Notes under the pieces: generated by a model | Database searches by the model: none | Told to the model about the DNA's origin: nothing | What the model saw: the letters and a program-made list of their open reading frames with translations, nothing else | Origin: an uncultured Dehalococcoidia bacterium | GTDB taxonomy: Bacteria; Chloroflexota; Dehalococcoidia; Lucifugimonadales; CAZGRI01 | Length of the DNA stretch: 55,222 nucleotides | Assembly (NCBI GenBank): GCA_964528205.1 | Contig: CAZGRI010000001.1 | Span: 1 to 55,222, forward strand | Reading direction: 5' to 3' | Shown here: one piece after another, positions 6,950 through 16,559 of the stretch | Position numbering within the stretch: position 1 is the stretch's first letter | Layout of the letters: each line of letters starts with the position of its first letter | Translations under genes and position numbers: made by a program

Positions 6950-8911
6950 CTATCGATCCCGGCCCAGGTGCTTGTCGAACCAGGCCAGCGTGCGGGATAG
7001 GTACTCCTCGCGGAGGCGCGGGTGGCCTCCCCTGAGGAACATGTGCGATGAACCCGGGAAGCGCACGAACTCCACCTCCTTGCCCAACCGTTTGAGGGCC
7101 ACGAAGTACTCCTCGCTCTGACCGATGGGGCACCGGTGGTCGTCCTCGCCGTGCATCAACAGGACCGGCGTCTCGACGCTGGGCGCATACGTGATGGGCG
7201 ACCGCTCCATGGCCAAGTCCGCGGACTCCCACGGCCTGGCGTGCCAGTTGAGCTCACCGAACCAGACCCCTATGTCGGAAGTGCCGTACATACTGTACAG
7301 GTCGGTACATGGGGCGCCCACGACGGCGGCCTTGAACCGGTGGTCGTGACCCACGATCCAGCTACTCATGTACCCTCCGTAGCTGTATCCGGTGACACCG
7401 AGGCGTTCAGAGTCGATGTACGGCTTGGCTGTCAAATCGTCCACCGCGGCCATGATGTCGAGATAGTCCTCTCCTCCCCAGTCCCCCAGCACAGCCTTGA
7501 CGAAGTCGACGCCGTAGGTCGACGAGCCGCGCGGGTTGACCGCCAGGACCACGTACCCGGCAGTCGCCAGCACCTGCTGGATAGGATTGAACGCATCGGC
7601 GAACACACCGTGGGGGCCACCGTGGATATCCAGGACCAAGGCGTAGGTTTCCGACGGGTCGAAGTCCGGAGGCAGCCAGACCCGCGACTCGATTTCCACA
7701 CCGTCCCGAGAGATGGTGGACTTCTCCAGACGGGCTGGAGGGTGCTGGTCGAGATAGGCCCGGTTATACAACGTGAGCTTTCGCTGAGTCCCGGTCGCCG
7801 TCTCGATCGAGGCGATGTCGCCAGGCGAGGCGGGCGCAGTCGCGACCATTGCGGCCCGGCGGGCGGTGGAGTCGAAAGCGGCAGCGCCGAGCTGAAGCCC
7901 GCCACCGGCTATCCATCGCACCTCTCCTCCTTGCACCGGTACCGCGCACAGGTAGGACTCTCCTCGCGCGTCCGCCAGGAACACGATATGGCCGTCGGGG
8001 GTCCACATGATCTCGGCCGGAGGCGTGACGGGTGGGTACCCGGCCTGTGGTGTGATGGAATCGTCGGTCAGCCGCCGGGGAGACTCACCGCGCTCCAGGA
8101 TGAACACCCAACCCTGACCCAGGCCGGCCGAGAGCTCGGCATCGTCCGAGCCGACCACGGCGATACGCCGGCCGTCGGGTGACCAGGCCAGCGGCCCAAC
8201 GCTGGCCAGCCCTTCCGACAATAGCTCGATCTCTCCTCCTGAGGCCGGCACCGCGTAAGCGCCGGTGGGGCTCATCACATCCCGATCGGGCCCCCGGTCG
8301 GACATGAAGGCGATCCTTGCCCCGTCCGGCGACCAGACCGGCGCGCCGTCGTCGCCATCGCCGTCTGTGATCTGACTAGCCTCGCCGGTCTCGGCGTCTA
8401 CCACGAACAGGTGCCGGAAGGCGTCGCCCCGCCAGCCGACGGTATCTCCCCTGTACTTGATGCGCCGCACCACACGGACCCGCGGGTCCGTCTTCGGGTC
8501 GTGGTCGTCGGGCAATCGGTCCGGGTCGACGTCGGACACTACGGCCAGAGAGAGTGAATCTGGAGACCAGGCGAACTCGCTCACCCCTCCGGGCAGTGTT
8601 GTCAGCCTGCGGGCCTCACCTCCGGTGGTCGGTATCGCCCAGAGCTGGCCGGCCCTCTTGTCGTCGCGGCGCAGGAACGCGATGGTCGTCCCGTCGGGAG
8701 AGAACTTGGGGGTGCTATCGTGATCGCCTGCGGTGAAGGGAAAGGGCTCGCCGTCGGGAAGCTCCATCGCCATGATACGCGACGGCGCTTCCATCGTCTG
8801 TTTGTCGACCTGGGACCTCGCGAACGCCAGCAGCGTCCCGTCGGGCGACAGTGATGGCGCTGATACGCCGACCAGTTGGTAGACCAGGTCGGGGCCTATT
8901 GGCTCAGGCAT
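6950..8911 (-). CDS. S9 family serine peptidase (prolyl oligopeptidase/acylaminoacyl-peptidase type) with an N-terminal PD40/TolB-like propeller
   Basis: PD40-type repeats (FSPDGTTIAF, WSPDGARIAF, WSPDGRRIAV). Nucleophile elbow GYSYGG, and a C-terminal ...HGEDDHRCP...GSSH. The start is set at ATG 8911 (MPEPIGPDLVYQL; AGGAGA 6 nt upstream), which matches the paralogue's N-terminus. Confidence 0.9.
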   Translation of the reverse strand: MPEPIGPDLVYQLVGVSAPSLSPDGTLLAFARSQVDKQTMEAPSRIMAMELPDGEPFPFTAGDHDSTPKFSPDGTTIAFLRRDDKRAGQLWAIPTTGGEARRLTTLPGGVSEFAWSPDSLSLAVVSDVDPDRLPDDHDPKTDPRVRVVRRIKYRGDTVGWRGDAFRHLFVVDAETGEASQITDGDGDDGAPVWSPDGARIAFMSDRGPDRDVMSPTGAYAVPASGGEIELLSEGLASVGPLAWSPDGRRIAVVGSDDAELSAGLGQGWVFILERGESPRRLTDDSITPQAGYPPVTPPAEIMWTPDGHIVFLADARGESYLCAVPVQGGEVRWIAGGGLQLGAAAFDSTARRAAMVATAPASPGDIASIETATGTQRKLTLYNRAYLDQHPPARLEKSTISRDGVEIESRVWLPPDFDPSETYALVLDIHGGPHGVFADAFNPIQQVLATAGYVVLAVNPRGSSTYGVDFVKAVLGDWGGEDYLDIMAAVDDLTAKPYIDSERLGVTGYSYGGYMSSWIVGHDHRFKAAVVGAPCTDLYSMYGTSDIGVWFGELNWHARPWESADLAMERSPITYAPSVETPVLLMHGEDDHRCPIGQSEEYFVALKRLGKEVEFVRFPGSSHMFLRGGHPRLREEYLSRTLAWFDKHLGRDR

Positions 8912-8986
8912 TGATGGTCTCCTATGTGACCTTCTCCCCACCGAATCTTGTGCCTATCCAGGGCCCGTCCCGGGAGGGGTGACGGC

Positions 8987-10963
8987 CTACACCTCTCTGC
9001 CCAACCATCTGTCGAACCATTCGAGCACGCGTGAGCAGTACTCCTCCCGCATCCGTGGATGGCCGGACCGGTAAAAGGAGTGGGAGCTGCCGGGGAACCT
9101 GACGTACTCCACCTCCTTGCCCAGGCGCTTCAGCGCCACGAAGTACTGCTCGCTCTGCTCGATGGGACAGCGAACGTCCTCCTCGCCGTGGAGCAATAGG
9201 ACCGGCGTCTCGACGTCGGCGACGTAGGTCAGCGGCGAGCGTTCCAAGAACTCATCGGCGTTGCCGTCGAACAGCTCCCCGAAGTGGATGTCGCTGAAGC
9301 GCACGCCGCTGTCAGAGGTACCGTAGTCGCTATACTGGTTGGTGGTCGGTGCACCGACGATGGCGGCCCGGAAGCGGTTGTCGTGTCCGACGATCCAGGC
9401 CGTCATGTAGCCCCCATAGCTATATCCAATGACGCCGAGCCGAGAGGTGTCCACGTAGGGCCTGGCGCTCGTTTCGTCCACGGCGGCCATTAGGTCCAGG
9501 AAGTCGGCGTTCCCCCAGTCGCGCTGGACCGCCCTCACGAAGTCGACGCCATAGGTCGCCGAACCCCTGGGATTCGGGGCCAGAACGATGTAGCCGGCGG
9601 TTGCCAGGACCTGCTGGGGAGGATGGAACGAGTCGTAGAAGCTGTTGTTGGGCCCGCCGTGGATGTCCAGGACCATCGGATAGCTCCCGGACGCGTCCAA
9701 GTCCGGCGGCAGCCACAGACGGCACTCTATCTCGACACCCTCACGCGACAGGGTGAACCTCTCCAGCCTCGCCGGTGAGTGGCTTCGAAAGTACGGCCGG
9801 TTGACCTCTGTTACACGGCGGCGAGCGCCGGTTGCCAGCTCGATGGTCTCGATGTCGCCGTACGTGTCGGGCGGCACACTCAACACCGCCGCGCGGCGGG
9901 CGTCGCGATCGAACGCGACGTCGGTGAACTGGGCCCCTCCACCGAGCCTACGAAGGCCCCGACCCTCGTAGGACAGCTCGCACACGTAGGACTCGCCCCG
10001 AACGTCCGCGAGGAACAGGAGCCGGCCGTCCGAAGTCCAGCGCCTGTCGGGCGTGCGGTCGGCGTAGCTGTACAGCGACGCCGGCATGATGGAGTCGTCG
10101 GTGATGCGGCGCGGCGGCCGGCCGGGCTCCAGGACGTACCACCACCCCTGCCACCCGGTGCCGACTGCGGGGTCATCTGAGCCTATGACAGCGAGCCTCT
10201 CGCCGTCTGGCGACCACACCGGCGCCGCCGCGCTCCAGAGCACCTGGGACCACTCCTCTGGCTCTCCTCCCTCGGCTGGGACCACGAAGGCGGCGGTATG
10301 AAACACCAGGTCGCGGTCCGGGCGGCGGTCAGAGGTAAACGCGATCCGGCCTCCGTCAGGGGACCAGGCGGGCGAGCCGTCGTCTCCCTCGCCGTGAGTG
10401 AGCTGACGGGAGTCGCCGGTCGAGCAGTCGACGACGAACAGGTGACGAAAGGCGTCGCCGCGCCAGCCCATGCCGTCGTCCCGGTATCGCAGGCGCCGCA
10501 CCACGCGGACGCGCGGGTCCGTCTTGGGGTCGTGACCGTCGGGCGGTCTGTCGGGGTCGACGTCCGAAACCACGGCCATACGTCGCGCGTCGGGTGACCA
10601 GGCGAAATCGACCACGCCTCCCGTCAGACGGGTCAGCTGTACCGCCTCTCCGCCGGATGTCGGGATAGTCCAGATCTGCGGCGTATTCCCATCGTCCGGT
10701 CGCAGGAACGCGATAGCCCTGCCGTCGGGCGAGAACTTCGGCGCCGTGTCCTGCTGGCCCGAGGTGAAGGGCACCGGCTCGCCGGCGGGCAGCGTCAGGC
10801 CCATGAGCTGCGAGCGGTACTCCATGGACTCTCGGTCGACCCTAGTGCGGACGAAGACCAGCCGCGAGCCGTCAGGCGAAAGCGAGGGGCTTGCGACGCC
10901 GGTCAGGTGATATACGAGGTCCGGGGCTATGGGACTCGGCACGGAACTGCCCAATTCTGACAA
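8987..10963 (-). CDS. S9 family serine peptidase, tandem paralogue of 6950..8911
   Basis: Same architecture as its neighbour (GYSYGG, HGEEDVRCP, GSSH). TTG 10963 is the maximal start. GTG 10942 (VPSPIAPDLVYHL) aligns best with the paralogue. Confidence 0.9.
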   Translation of the reverse strand: MSELGSSVPSPIAPDLVYHLTGVASPSLSPDGSRLVFVRTRVDRESMEYRSQLMGLTLPAGEPVPFTSGQQDTAPKFSPDGRAIAFLRPDDGNTPQIWTIPTSGGEAVQLTRLTGGVVDFAWSPDARRMAVVSDVDPDRPPDGHDPKTDPRVRVVRRLRYRDDGMGWRGDAFRHLFVVDCSTGDSRQLTHGEGDDGSPAWSPDGGRIAFTSDRRPDRDLVFHTAAFVVPAEGGEPEEWSQVLWSAAAPVWSPDGERLAVIGSDDPAVGTGWQGWWYVLEPGRPPRRITDDSIMPASLYSYADRTPDRRWTSDGRLLFLADVRGESYVCELSYEGRGLRRLGGGAQFTDVAFDRDARRAAVLSVPPDTYGDIETIELATGARRRVTEVNRPYFRSHSPARLERFTLSREGVEIECRLWLPPDLDASGSYPMVLDIHGGPNNSFYDSFHPPQQVLATAGYIVLAPNPRGSATYGVDFVRAVQRDWGNADFLDLMAAVDETSARPYVDTSRLGVIGYSYGGYMTAWIVGHDNRFRAAIVGAPTTNQYSDYGTSDSGVRFSDIHFGELFDGNADEFLERSPLTYVADVETPVLLLHGEEDVRCPIEQSEQYFVALKRLGKEVEYVRFPGSSHSFYRSGHPRMREEYCSRVLEWFDRWLGREV

Positions 10964-10972
10964 GCCTCGGCC

Positions 10973-11752
10973 CTACGCCGGAGCCTTGACGTAGGCGCCT
11001 TCGGGGTCCACCTCGTTCCTCAGCAGGTCCAGCTCTCGCTCGGTCGGGGCCTGGACGGTTGCCACCTCCGGCGCGACCAGAGGCTTGAAGGCGGTGTTCT
11101 CCGTTACTTGTTCGGACGAGACTCCCGGCATCAGCTTGTCCAGCTGCAGACGGCCCCGGGTCTTGTCGACGGACATGACGGTCAGGTCGGTGATGACGAA
11201 GATGTCTGGGTAGGGCACGGGCAGCCCGGCCTTCTTCCGGCCCTCGGGACCGTCGATGTAGCCCGGGCTGGTGATGTAGTCGCAGCGCTCGGGGAAGCGG
11301 CGTTTCTCGTGTCGTGAGATTATCAGTATCTTGCGGGCGTGTGAGGCCAGGTCGTTGGCCCCACCGCTACCGGGCAGCCTCACCTTGGGCTTCCGGTAGT
11401 CGCCGATGACCGTCGAGTTTACGTTGGCGAACTGGTCGATCTGCGCTCCACCCAGAAACGCCACGTCGGCGAGACCTCGCTGAAGCACTCCTCCAAGCGC
11501 ATCCAGGAGCGATCCGAGCCTGACCGCCCGGTGCATCACCCTCGGGTCGCAGACCGAGACGGGCGTGGGCACGACCTGGGGAGCAACCGGCCCGGTCTCA
11601 ACCACGTAGCACAGGTTGGGCGCGTGGTTCTTCTGGGCGAACAGTCCCGCCACCATCGGCAGGCCGGTGCCCACCATCACGACGTCGCCGTCCTCGATGT
11701 AGCGGGAGGCCTCGATGACCATCAGCTCGTCCAGCCCGTAATCCTGACTCAT
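10973..11752 (-). CDS. CoA-transferase subunit B (glutaconate/3-oxoacid CoA-transferase family)
   Basis: MSQDYGLDELMVIEASRYIEDGDVVMVGTGLP...GGAQIDQFANVN...RLPGSGGANDLA. The ORF-track N-terminal extension to 11944 has no homology-like character, so the start is set at ATG 11752. Confidence 0.85.
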   Translation of the reverse strand: MSQDYGLDELMVIEASRYIEDGDVVMVGTGLPMVAGLFAQKNHAPNLCYVVETGPVAPQVVPTPVSVCDPRVMHRAVRLGSLLDALGGVLQRGLADVAFLGGAQIDQFANVNSTVIGDYRKPKVRLPGSGGANDLASHARKILIISRHEKRRFPERCDYITSPGYIDGPEGRKKAGLPVPYPDIFVITDLTVMSVDKTRGRLQLDKLMPGVSSEQVTENTAFKPLVAPEVATVQAPTERELDLLRNEVDPEGAYVKAPA

Positions 11753-11997
11753 GCCGCTTCTCTCTCGCCCAAGACTCTGCAGTTGATGTTTCGACCATAA
11801 TGATACATCACCGCTGGAGAATTCCCCGGCACTGAGATCGGCAATCTCCTTACGGTCAGGCCGTCGCTCGGTTCGTAATGGTAAACTATGGCCACCCAGT
11901 TGGCTAAAGAGATGGTTCGAATGACCCAATCGTGCCCGGTTCACCGGCCGTGAGTCCAGCTGCCCTGCCGGGCCAGAGCCGCGGAAAGGAGGCGGGT

Positions 11998-13413
11998 ATG
12001 ACGAGCGAGCAAGAGATCGAACTGATCGCCCACCTGATGCGGCGTGCCGGTTTCGGGGCGACCCGCGATGAGATCGAGCGGCGAGCAGAGCAAGGCTATG
12101 AGGCGACTGTAGAGGAGCTGCTACATCCCGAGACGCAACCCGAGGTCGACGAGTACATGCTCTACCGTTACCTCCCGATGACCGAGATCGCGTTCAGCCA
12201 CGTGCAGGGCGTCACGCACTGGCTCTACTACATGGTACACACGAGGCGCCCCCTGCAGGAAAAGATGGCGCTCTTTTACCATCATCTGTTCGCTACGGGG
12301 GATGCCAAGGTCAACGCCCCCAACCATATGCTCAGGCAGGTCCGGATATTTCGGGATCGTGGCATGGGCAACTATAAAGAGCTGCTTGTTCAACTGGCCA
12401 GGGACCCGGCCATGATCTTCTGGCTCGACAACAACTTGAACCACAAGGGTGCTCCCAACGAGAACTGGGGGCGCGAGCTTCTGGAGCTGTTCTCCATGGG
12501 CGTGGGTAGCTACACCGAGAGCGATGTGCTCGAGTGCTCCCGCGCGTTTACCGGCTGGACGATCAGCCCCAAAATCCCAACCTCGCCGTACGGGCGCTTC
12601 TACTGGCGATTCGCCTACCGCCCCGAAGACCATGACTCCTCGGAGAAGACCTTCCTGGGCAACACGGGACGCCTCAATGGCGAGGACGTCATAGACATCA
12701 TCGTCCAGCAGCCGGCGTGCCACAGATTCGTCGCCCGGCATCTATACAACTTCTTCGTGGCCGACGAACCACCGGTACCCCTGTGGCCCAGTGAGCCTCC
12801 GCGGGACCCGGAGGCCATCAGGACGCTGTCCGATGCGTTTGTCAGCTCCGGCTGCGAAATGAGACCGGTGTTACGGACGCTCTTTAACTCCGACTTCTTC
12901 AAAGACGCCATGTATCAGAAGGTCAGGAGCCCCATCGAGGTTTTTGTTGGGACTGTCCGGCTCACCCGCGACCTCGAGGGGCCTGCTGCTGGACTTCCCA
13001 TCATAGAGCCGGTGGCCAAAGAGCCGGGCTATATGGGGCAGAGCATCCTAGATCCACCCAGCGTAGAAGGCTGGCACGCCGGCCAGGGCTGGATCAACAG
13101 CGGCACCCTGGCCCAGCGAATCAACTTCGTAACCGATCGCGTCAGCAATACCGATCTACCGGGTGTCCAGGACATCGTCAGTCGAGTGGCCTCCGGAGGT
13201 ACCTCGATGACGCCCGATGCGTTCGTCGAACGGTGCCTGGACCTGATCGGACCGCTCAGGGTGGACGATTCCACGCGAGCCGAGCTGGAGGCCCATGTCG
13301 AGACCGACGGGTCGTTGAACTGGGCTACAGACGAAGGGTTCGCCGACCTGTCCCGCCGCGTCGGAGACACCCTGGCGCTAATCGCTTCGACCAGGGAGTA
13401 CCAATTCGGCTAG
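11998..13413 (+). CDS. DUF1800 domain protein (copy 1), no signal peptide
   Basis: LIAHLMRRAGFGATRDEIE and RDPAMIFWLDNNLNHKGAPNENWGRELLELFSMGVGSYTE..SRAFTGWT. ATG 11998 follows AAGGAGG by 6 nt. Confidence 0.85.
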   Translation: MTSEQEIELIAHLMRRAGFGATRDEIERRAEQGYEATVEELLHPETQPEVDEYMLYRYLPMTEIAFSHVQGVTHWLYYMVHTRRPLQEKMALFYHHLFATGDAKVNAPNHMLRQVRIFRDRGMGNYKELLVQLARDPAMIFWLDNNLNHKGAPNENWGRELLELFSMGVGSYTESDVLECSRAFTGWTISPKIPTSPYGRFYWRFAYRPEDHDSSEKTFLGNTGRLNGEDVIDIIVQQPACHRFVARHLYNFFVADEPPVPLWPSEPPRDPEAIRTLSDAFVSSGCEMRPVLRTLFNSDFFKDAMYQKVRSPIEVFVGTVRLTRDLEGPAAGLPIIEPVAKEPGYMGQSILDPPSVEGWHAGQGWINSGTLAQRINFVTDRVSNTDLPGVQDIVSRVASGGTSMTPDAFVERCLDLIGPLRVDDSTRAELEAHVETDGSLNWATDEGFADLSRRVGDTLALIASTREYQFG

Positions 13414-13444
13414 TCCACGGCTGACGGAATGTAAGGAAGAGGCG

Positions 13445-14578
13445 ATGACTGCGACAGCCAAAGCCCCGGTACTGGTGGTGTTGCAACTTACCGGTGGCAA
13501 CGACTACATGAACACCGTCATCCCTTACGCTGATTCCAACTACTATGACAGCAGGCCGGCGCTGGGAATTCCGGAAGACACCGTCCTCAAGCTGGACGAC
13601 GAGGTGGGTTTCCATCCATCCATGAGAGCCATGAAGGAGATCTACGTCCGGGGTGACATGGCAATCATTCACGGAGTTGGCTACCGGAACCCCTCCAGGT
13701 CTCACTTCAGGTCGATGGACATCTGGCATACCGCCGAGCCGGACGGCGTGGCAACCGAGGGGTGGCTGGGCAGGGTGGTTCGAGAGCTCGATCCAGAGGG
13801 CGAGAACCCCGTAACCGCTGTAAACATCGGCCAGGGTCTGCCGCGGGCTTTGGTTGCTCCTGGCGCCTCCGTCTCGTGCGTTGCCGACCTGTCGACCTAC
13901 GGGTTGCTCACCGGCATCGAGCGGGAGGCGCGGCGCACGAAAATGCTGGACCGATTTGCGGCCATGTACGCCCCGGCCGTGGGCACCGGCGTTGTGACGG
14001 ACTATCTGAGGCAAACGGGTACGGACCTTCTGAAGGGGGTCGACATCTTGAAGTCGGCTCTGGCGCCATACACCTCCGACGTCGAGTACGCCTCCAACGG
14101 CATCGCCAGCAGCTTGCGCGACATCGCCACGATCCACCTGGCTGACTTGGGGACTCGTATCTTCTACACGGAGCATGGCAGCTTTGACACGCATGGGGCG
14201 CAGGCCGGCACACATGCCAGGTTGTGGAACGAGGTCTCCGAGGCGATCTCCGATTTTTGGCATGACCTCAGAGAGCATGGTGCGGACAACAACGTTGTGA
14301 TGCTCCTTTTCTCCGAGTTCGGTCGTAGAGTCCGAGACAACGGCTCCGGGACCGACCATGGTGCTGCCGGCGTGGCGTTTGCCATAGGTCCAAAGGTCAA
14401 GGGAGGCCTGTACGGAGAGTACCCCGAGACCGGGGCGGCGGCGCTCTCCGAGGGCGACCTGGTCTCGAACCTGGACTTCCGCAGCGCGTACTCCAACATC
14501 GTCGAAGACTGGCTGGGCCTCGACGCCACGCCGATCGTCAACGGCCGGTTCCAGCATCCGGGTTTCATCGCAGGATAA
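13445..14578 (+). CDS. DUF1501 domain protein (sulfatase/alkaline-phosphatase-like fold, copy 1), no Tat or Sec signal
   Basis: Begins directly at the conserved core, MTATAKAPVLVVLQLTGGNDYMNTVIPY. Other family motifs seen: GYRNPSRSHFRSMDIWHTA, HGSFDTHG, FSEFGRRVRDNGSGTDHG. AAGGAAGAGG lies upstream. Confidence 0.85.
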   Translation: MTATAKAPVLVVLQLTGGNDYMNTVIPYADSNYYDSRPALGIPEDTVLKLDDEVGFHPSMRAMKEIYVRGDMAIIHGVGYRNPSRSHFRSMDIWHTAEPDGVATEGWLGRVVRELDPEGENPVTAVNIGQGLPRALVAPGASVSCVADLSTYGLLTGIEREARRTKMLDRFAAMYAPAVGTGVVTDYLRQTGTDLLKGVDILKSALAPYTSDVEYASNGIASSLRDIATIHLADLGTRIFYTEHGSFDTHGAQAGTHARLWNEVSEAISDFWHDLREHGADNNVVMLLFSEFGRRVRDNGSGTDHGAAGVAFAIGPKVKGGLYGEYPETGAAALSEGDLVSNLDFRSAYSNIVEDWLGLDATPIVNGRFQHPGFIAG

Positions 14579-14580
14579 CC

Positions 14581-15588
14581 ATGCGGACTACGACAGTGTC
14601 CGGGCGTACCTGGAGCTTCAGTCACTCCTTGGGGGCCTTCAGCGAGGAGGGCAAGGGCTTTCTTCATCCCACAGACGTGGCCGTCGCTCCGGGTGGCGTC
14701 CTCTACGTCGTGAGCAGGGGCCAGTTCGCAACTATGGACTCCAAAATCTCCAAAGACCGGCTCAGGATCACGAAGCTGACCATCGACGAGGAGTTCATCA
14801 GCGAGTTCGCGACGGGCCATTTCAGCTGGCCCGCGGGACTGGCCCTGGACAGCCAGGGCAACCTCTGCTGCTCGGATGAGCGCGACAATGTGATTCGCGT
14901 CTACAGCCCGGACGGCCAGAAGCTGGATGCCTGGGGACGGGAAGGCGCTGACGTTGGCCAGTTCAGCGGCCCGTCCGGCCTCGCTTTCGACGGCGAGGAT
15001 ACTCTGTACGTAGTGGACACGTTCAACAGCCGAGTCCAGCGTTTCACGCGCGACGGCGCCGGTCTCGGGGGTTGGGGCGGCGCCGGCGTCGGTGAAGGGG
15101 AGTTCGACCGGCCCTGGGGGGTCACCATAGATGACAAGGGCGACGTCTATGTGGCCGATTGGGGAAACGACCGGGTCCAGAAGTTCGCGCCTGACGGCTC
15201 GTTCCTTATGAGCTTCGGCTCTGCTTCCTATGGAGGTGAGCTGGACCACCCGGCGGACGTGGCGGTCGATACCCAGGGCGACGTGTACGTGACCGACTGG
15301 GGCAACAAGCGTGTGCAGATCTACGATGCCACCGGCGAGATACTGACGGCGCTCTACGGCGACGCCATAGAGTTCTCGCAGTGGGGCCGGCTGAAGATGG
15401 AGGGCAACGAAGAGGTCGCCAAGGCGTACGCTAGGGTCGAGGATCTGTCCCCGCTGGGCAAATTCGACAGGCCAAGGGGCATAGCGATCGACGAGAGGGA
15501 CCGAGTCATCGTCGTTGACAGCACCCGCTGCCGGCTACAGGTCTACGCCAAGGAGGACGGCTACTCCGATCCTGAGTTCAACCTCTGA
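14581..15588 (+). CDS. NHL-repeat beta-propeller protein (copy 1)
   Basis: Repeated NHL units (PSGLAFDGEDTLYVVDTFNSRVQRF; PWGVTIDDKGDVYVADWGNDRVQKF; PADVAVDTQGDVYVTDWGNKRVQIY). The ATG sits 2 nt after the DUF1501 stop. Confidence 0.85.
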   Translation: MRTTTVSGRTWSFSHSLGAFSEEGKGFLHPTDVAVAPGGVLYVVSRGQFATMDSKISKDRLRITKLTIDEEFISEFATGHFSWPAGLALDSQGNLCCSDERDNVIRVYSPDGQKLDAWGREGADVGQFSGPSGLAFDGEDTLYVVDTFNSRVQRFTRDGAGLGGWGGAGVGEGEFDRPWGVTIDDKGDVYVADWGNDRVQKFAPDGSFLMSFGSASYGGELDHPADVAVDTQGDVYVTDWGNKRVQIYDATGEILTALYGDAIEFSQWGRLKMEGNEEVAKAYARVEDLSPLGKFDRPRGIAIDERDRVIVVDSTRCRLQVYAKEDGYSDPEFNL

Positions 15589-15635
15589 CACGTATCGCGC
15601 GCTCGACTCGATGATCTGAGGCTTCGAGACAGACG

Positions 15636-16559
15636 CTACAGCAGGCGGAGCATGGATGCCCGAAGCTGGTCCAGCCGGGTGATGTCAGTCGTCTTCCGCA
15701 GGTACTCGTCGAAGTCCTTGCAGTCGAGTATGGACCGCTGAACGTACTCGGCATAGGGCTCTCCGCCGGCGCGTGCCAGGGCCTGGTAGCTGCTGACCTC
15801 CTCCTCGTCGTGCTCGTAGTACCTGTAGGTCGACGTAGGGTACGCGCCCCAGGGCTGCTCCACCACGGCGTCGACGAAGATGTACGGAATGGTCGTCCGG
15901 TCGGGGTCGCGCCGGACCTCGTCTGTGCTGACCACCTCTTCGCAGCTCACGATTACGGCCTTGGAGGCCTTTACCATCTCGGGCTCCTGGGTCGTGAACC
16001 CCTCGATGATGACGTTGCCCATCTCGTCGGCCTTCTGGGCGTGGATGATGGAAACGTCAGGAGTGCACGCGGGCAGCAGGACCACGGGCTCGCCGGGGTT
16101 CCAGGGGTTGTCGACCAGCTCGAAGGGCTTTCGGTCATCGGCGCTCTTCTTGTTGAGTATGTCGGAGCCAAGCAGGCTCTTGATGGGCATGAACGGCAGG
16201 CCCAGGGAGCCCGCCAGGAACCGGGAGGCCATGCCCAGATGGCTGTAGTCGTCGACCTCCACGGTGCCCTCTTCGATGGCACGTCGCCAGCGGAACGCGA
16301 TACCAAACCGCTCGCTGTTGCCGGTCCCGCACTCGGTCCGTTTCACCAGGCCGGCGCCGACGAGGACGTCCATGGACATGGCTAGGTTGCACCCGACCAG
16401 GGTCAGGTCGCGTTTGCCCTGGCGTACGATCTCGTGGGCCATCGCCATGGCGCAGCGGCCTATGCTCTGGCCCCCCATGCCTATGGTGGCGCCGTCGAAC
16501 ACGAAGTTCGAGACCGCCTCAGACGCCGTCATGAGCTTGCTACCTGTCCGCTTTGACAC
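15636..16559 (-). CDS. CoA-transferase subunit A (glutaconate CoA-transferase A-like)
   Basis: MSKRTGSKLMTASEAVSNFVFDGATIGMGGQSIGRCAMAMAHEIVRQGKRDLTLVGC...SRFLAGSLGLPFMP. Confidence 0.85.
   Translation of the reverse strand: MSKRTGSKLMTASEAVSNFVFDGATIGMGGQSIGRCAMAMAHEIVRQGKRDLTLVGCNLAMSMDVLVGAGLVKRTECGTGNSERFGIAFRWRRAIEEGTVEVDDYSHLGMASRFLAGSLGLPFMPIKSLLGSDILNKKSADDRKPFELVDNPWNPGEPVVLLPACTPDVSIIHAQKADEMGNVIIEGFTTQEPEMVKASKAVIVSCEEVVSTDEVRRDPDRTTIPYIFVDAVVEQPWGAYPTSTYRYYEHDEEEVSSYQALARAGGEPYAEYVQRSILDCKDFDEYLRKTTDITRLDQLRASMLRLL

Noticed and set aside
11753-15635. Triad copy 1 as a conventional transposon, IS element or integron cassette
   Set aside because: I found no transposase, integrase or recombinase gene. 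I also found no terminal inverted repeats, attC-like site or target-site duplication by eye at either border. Mobility remains only an inference from gene order.
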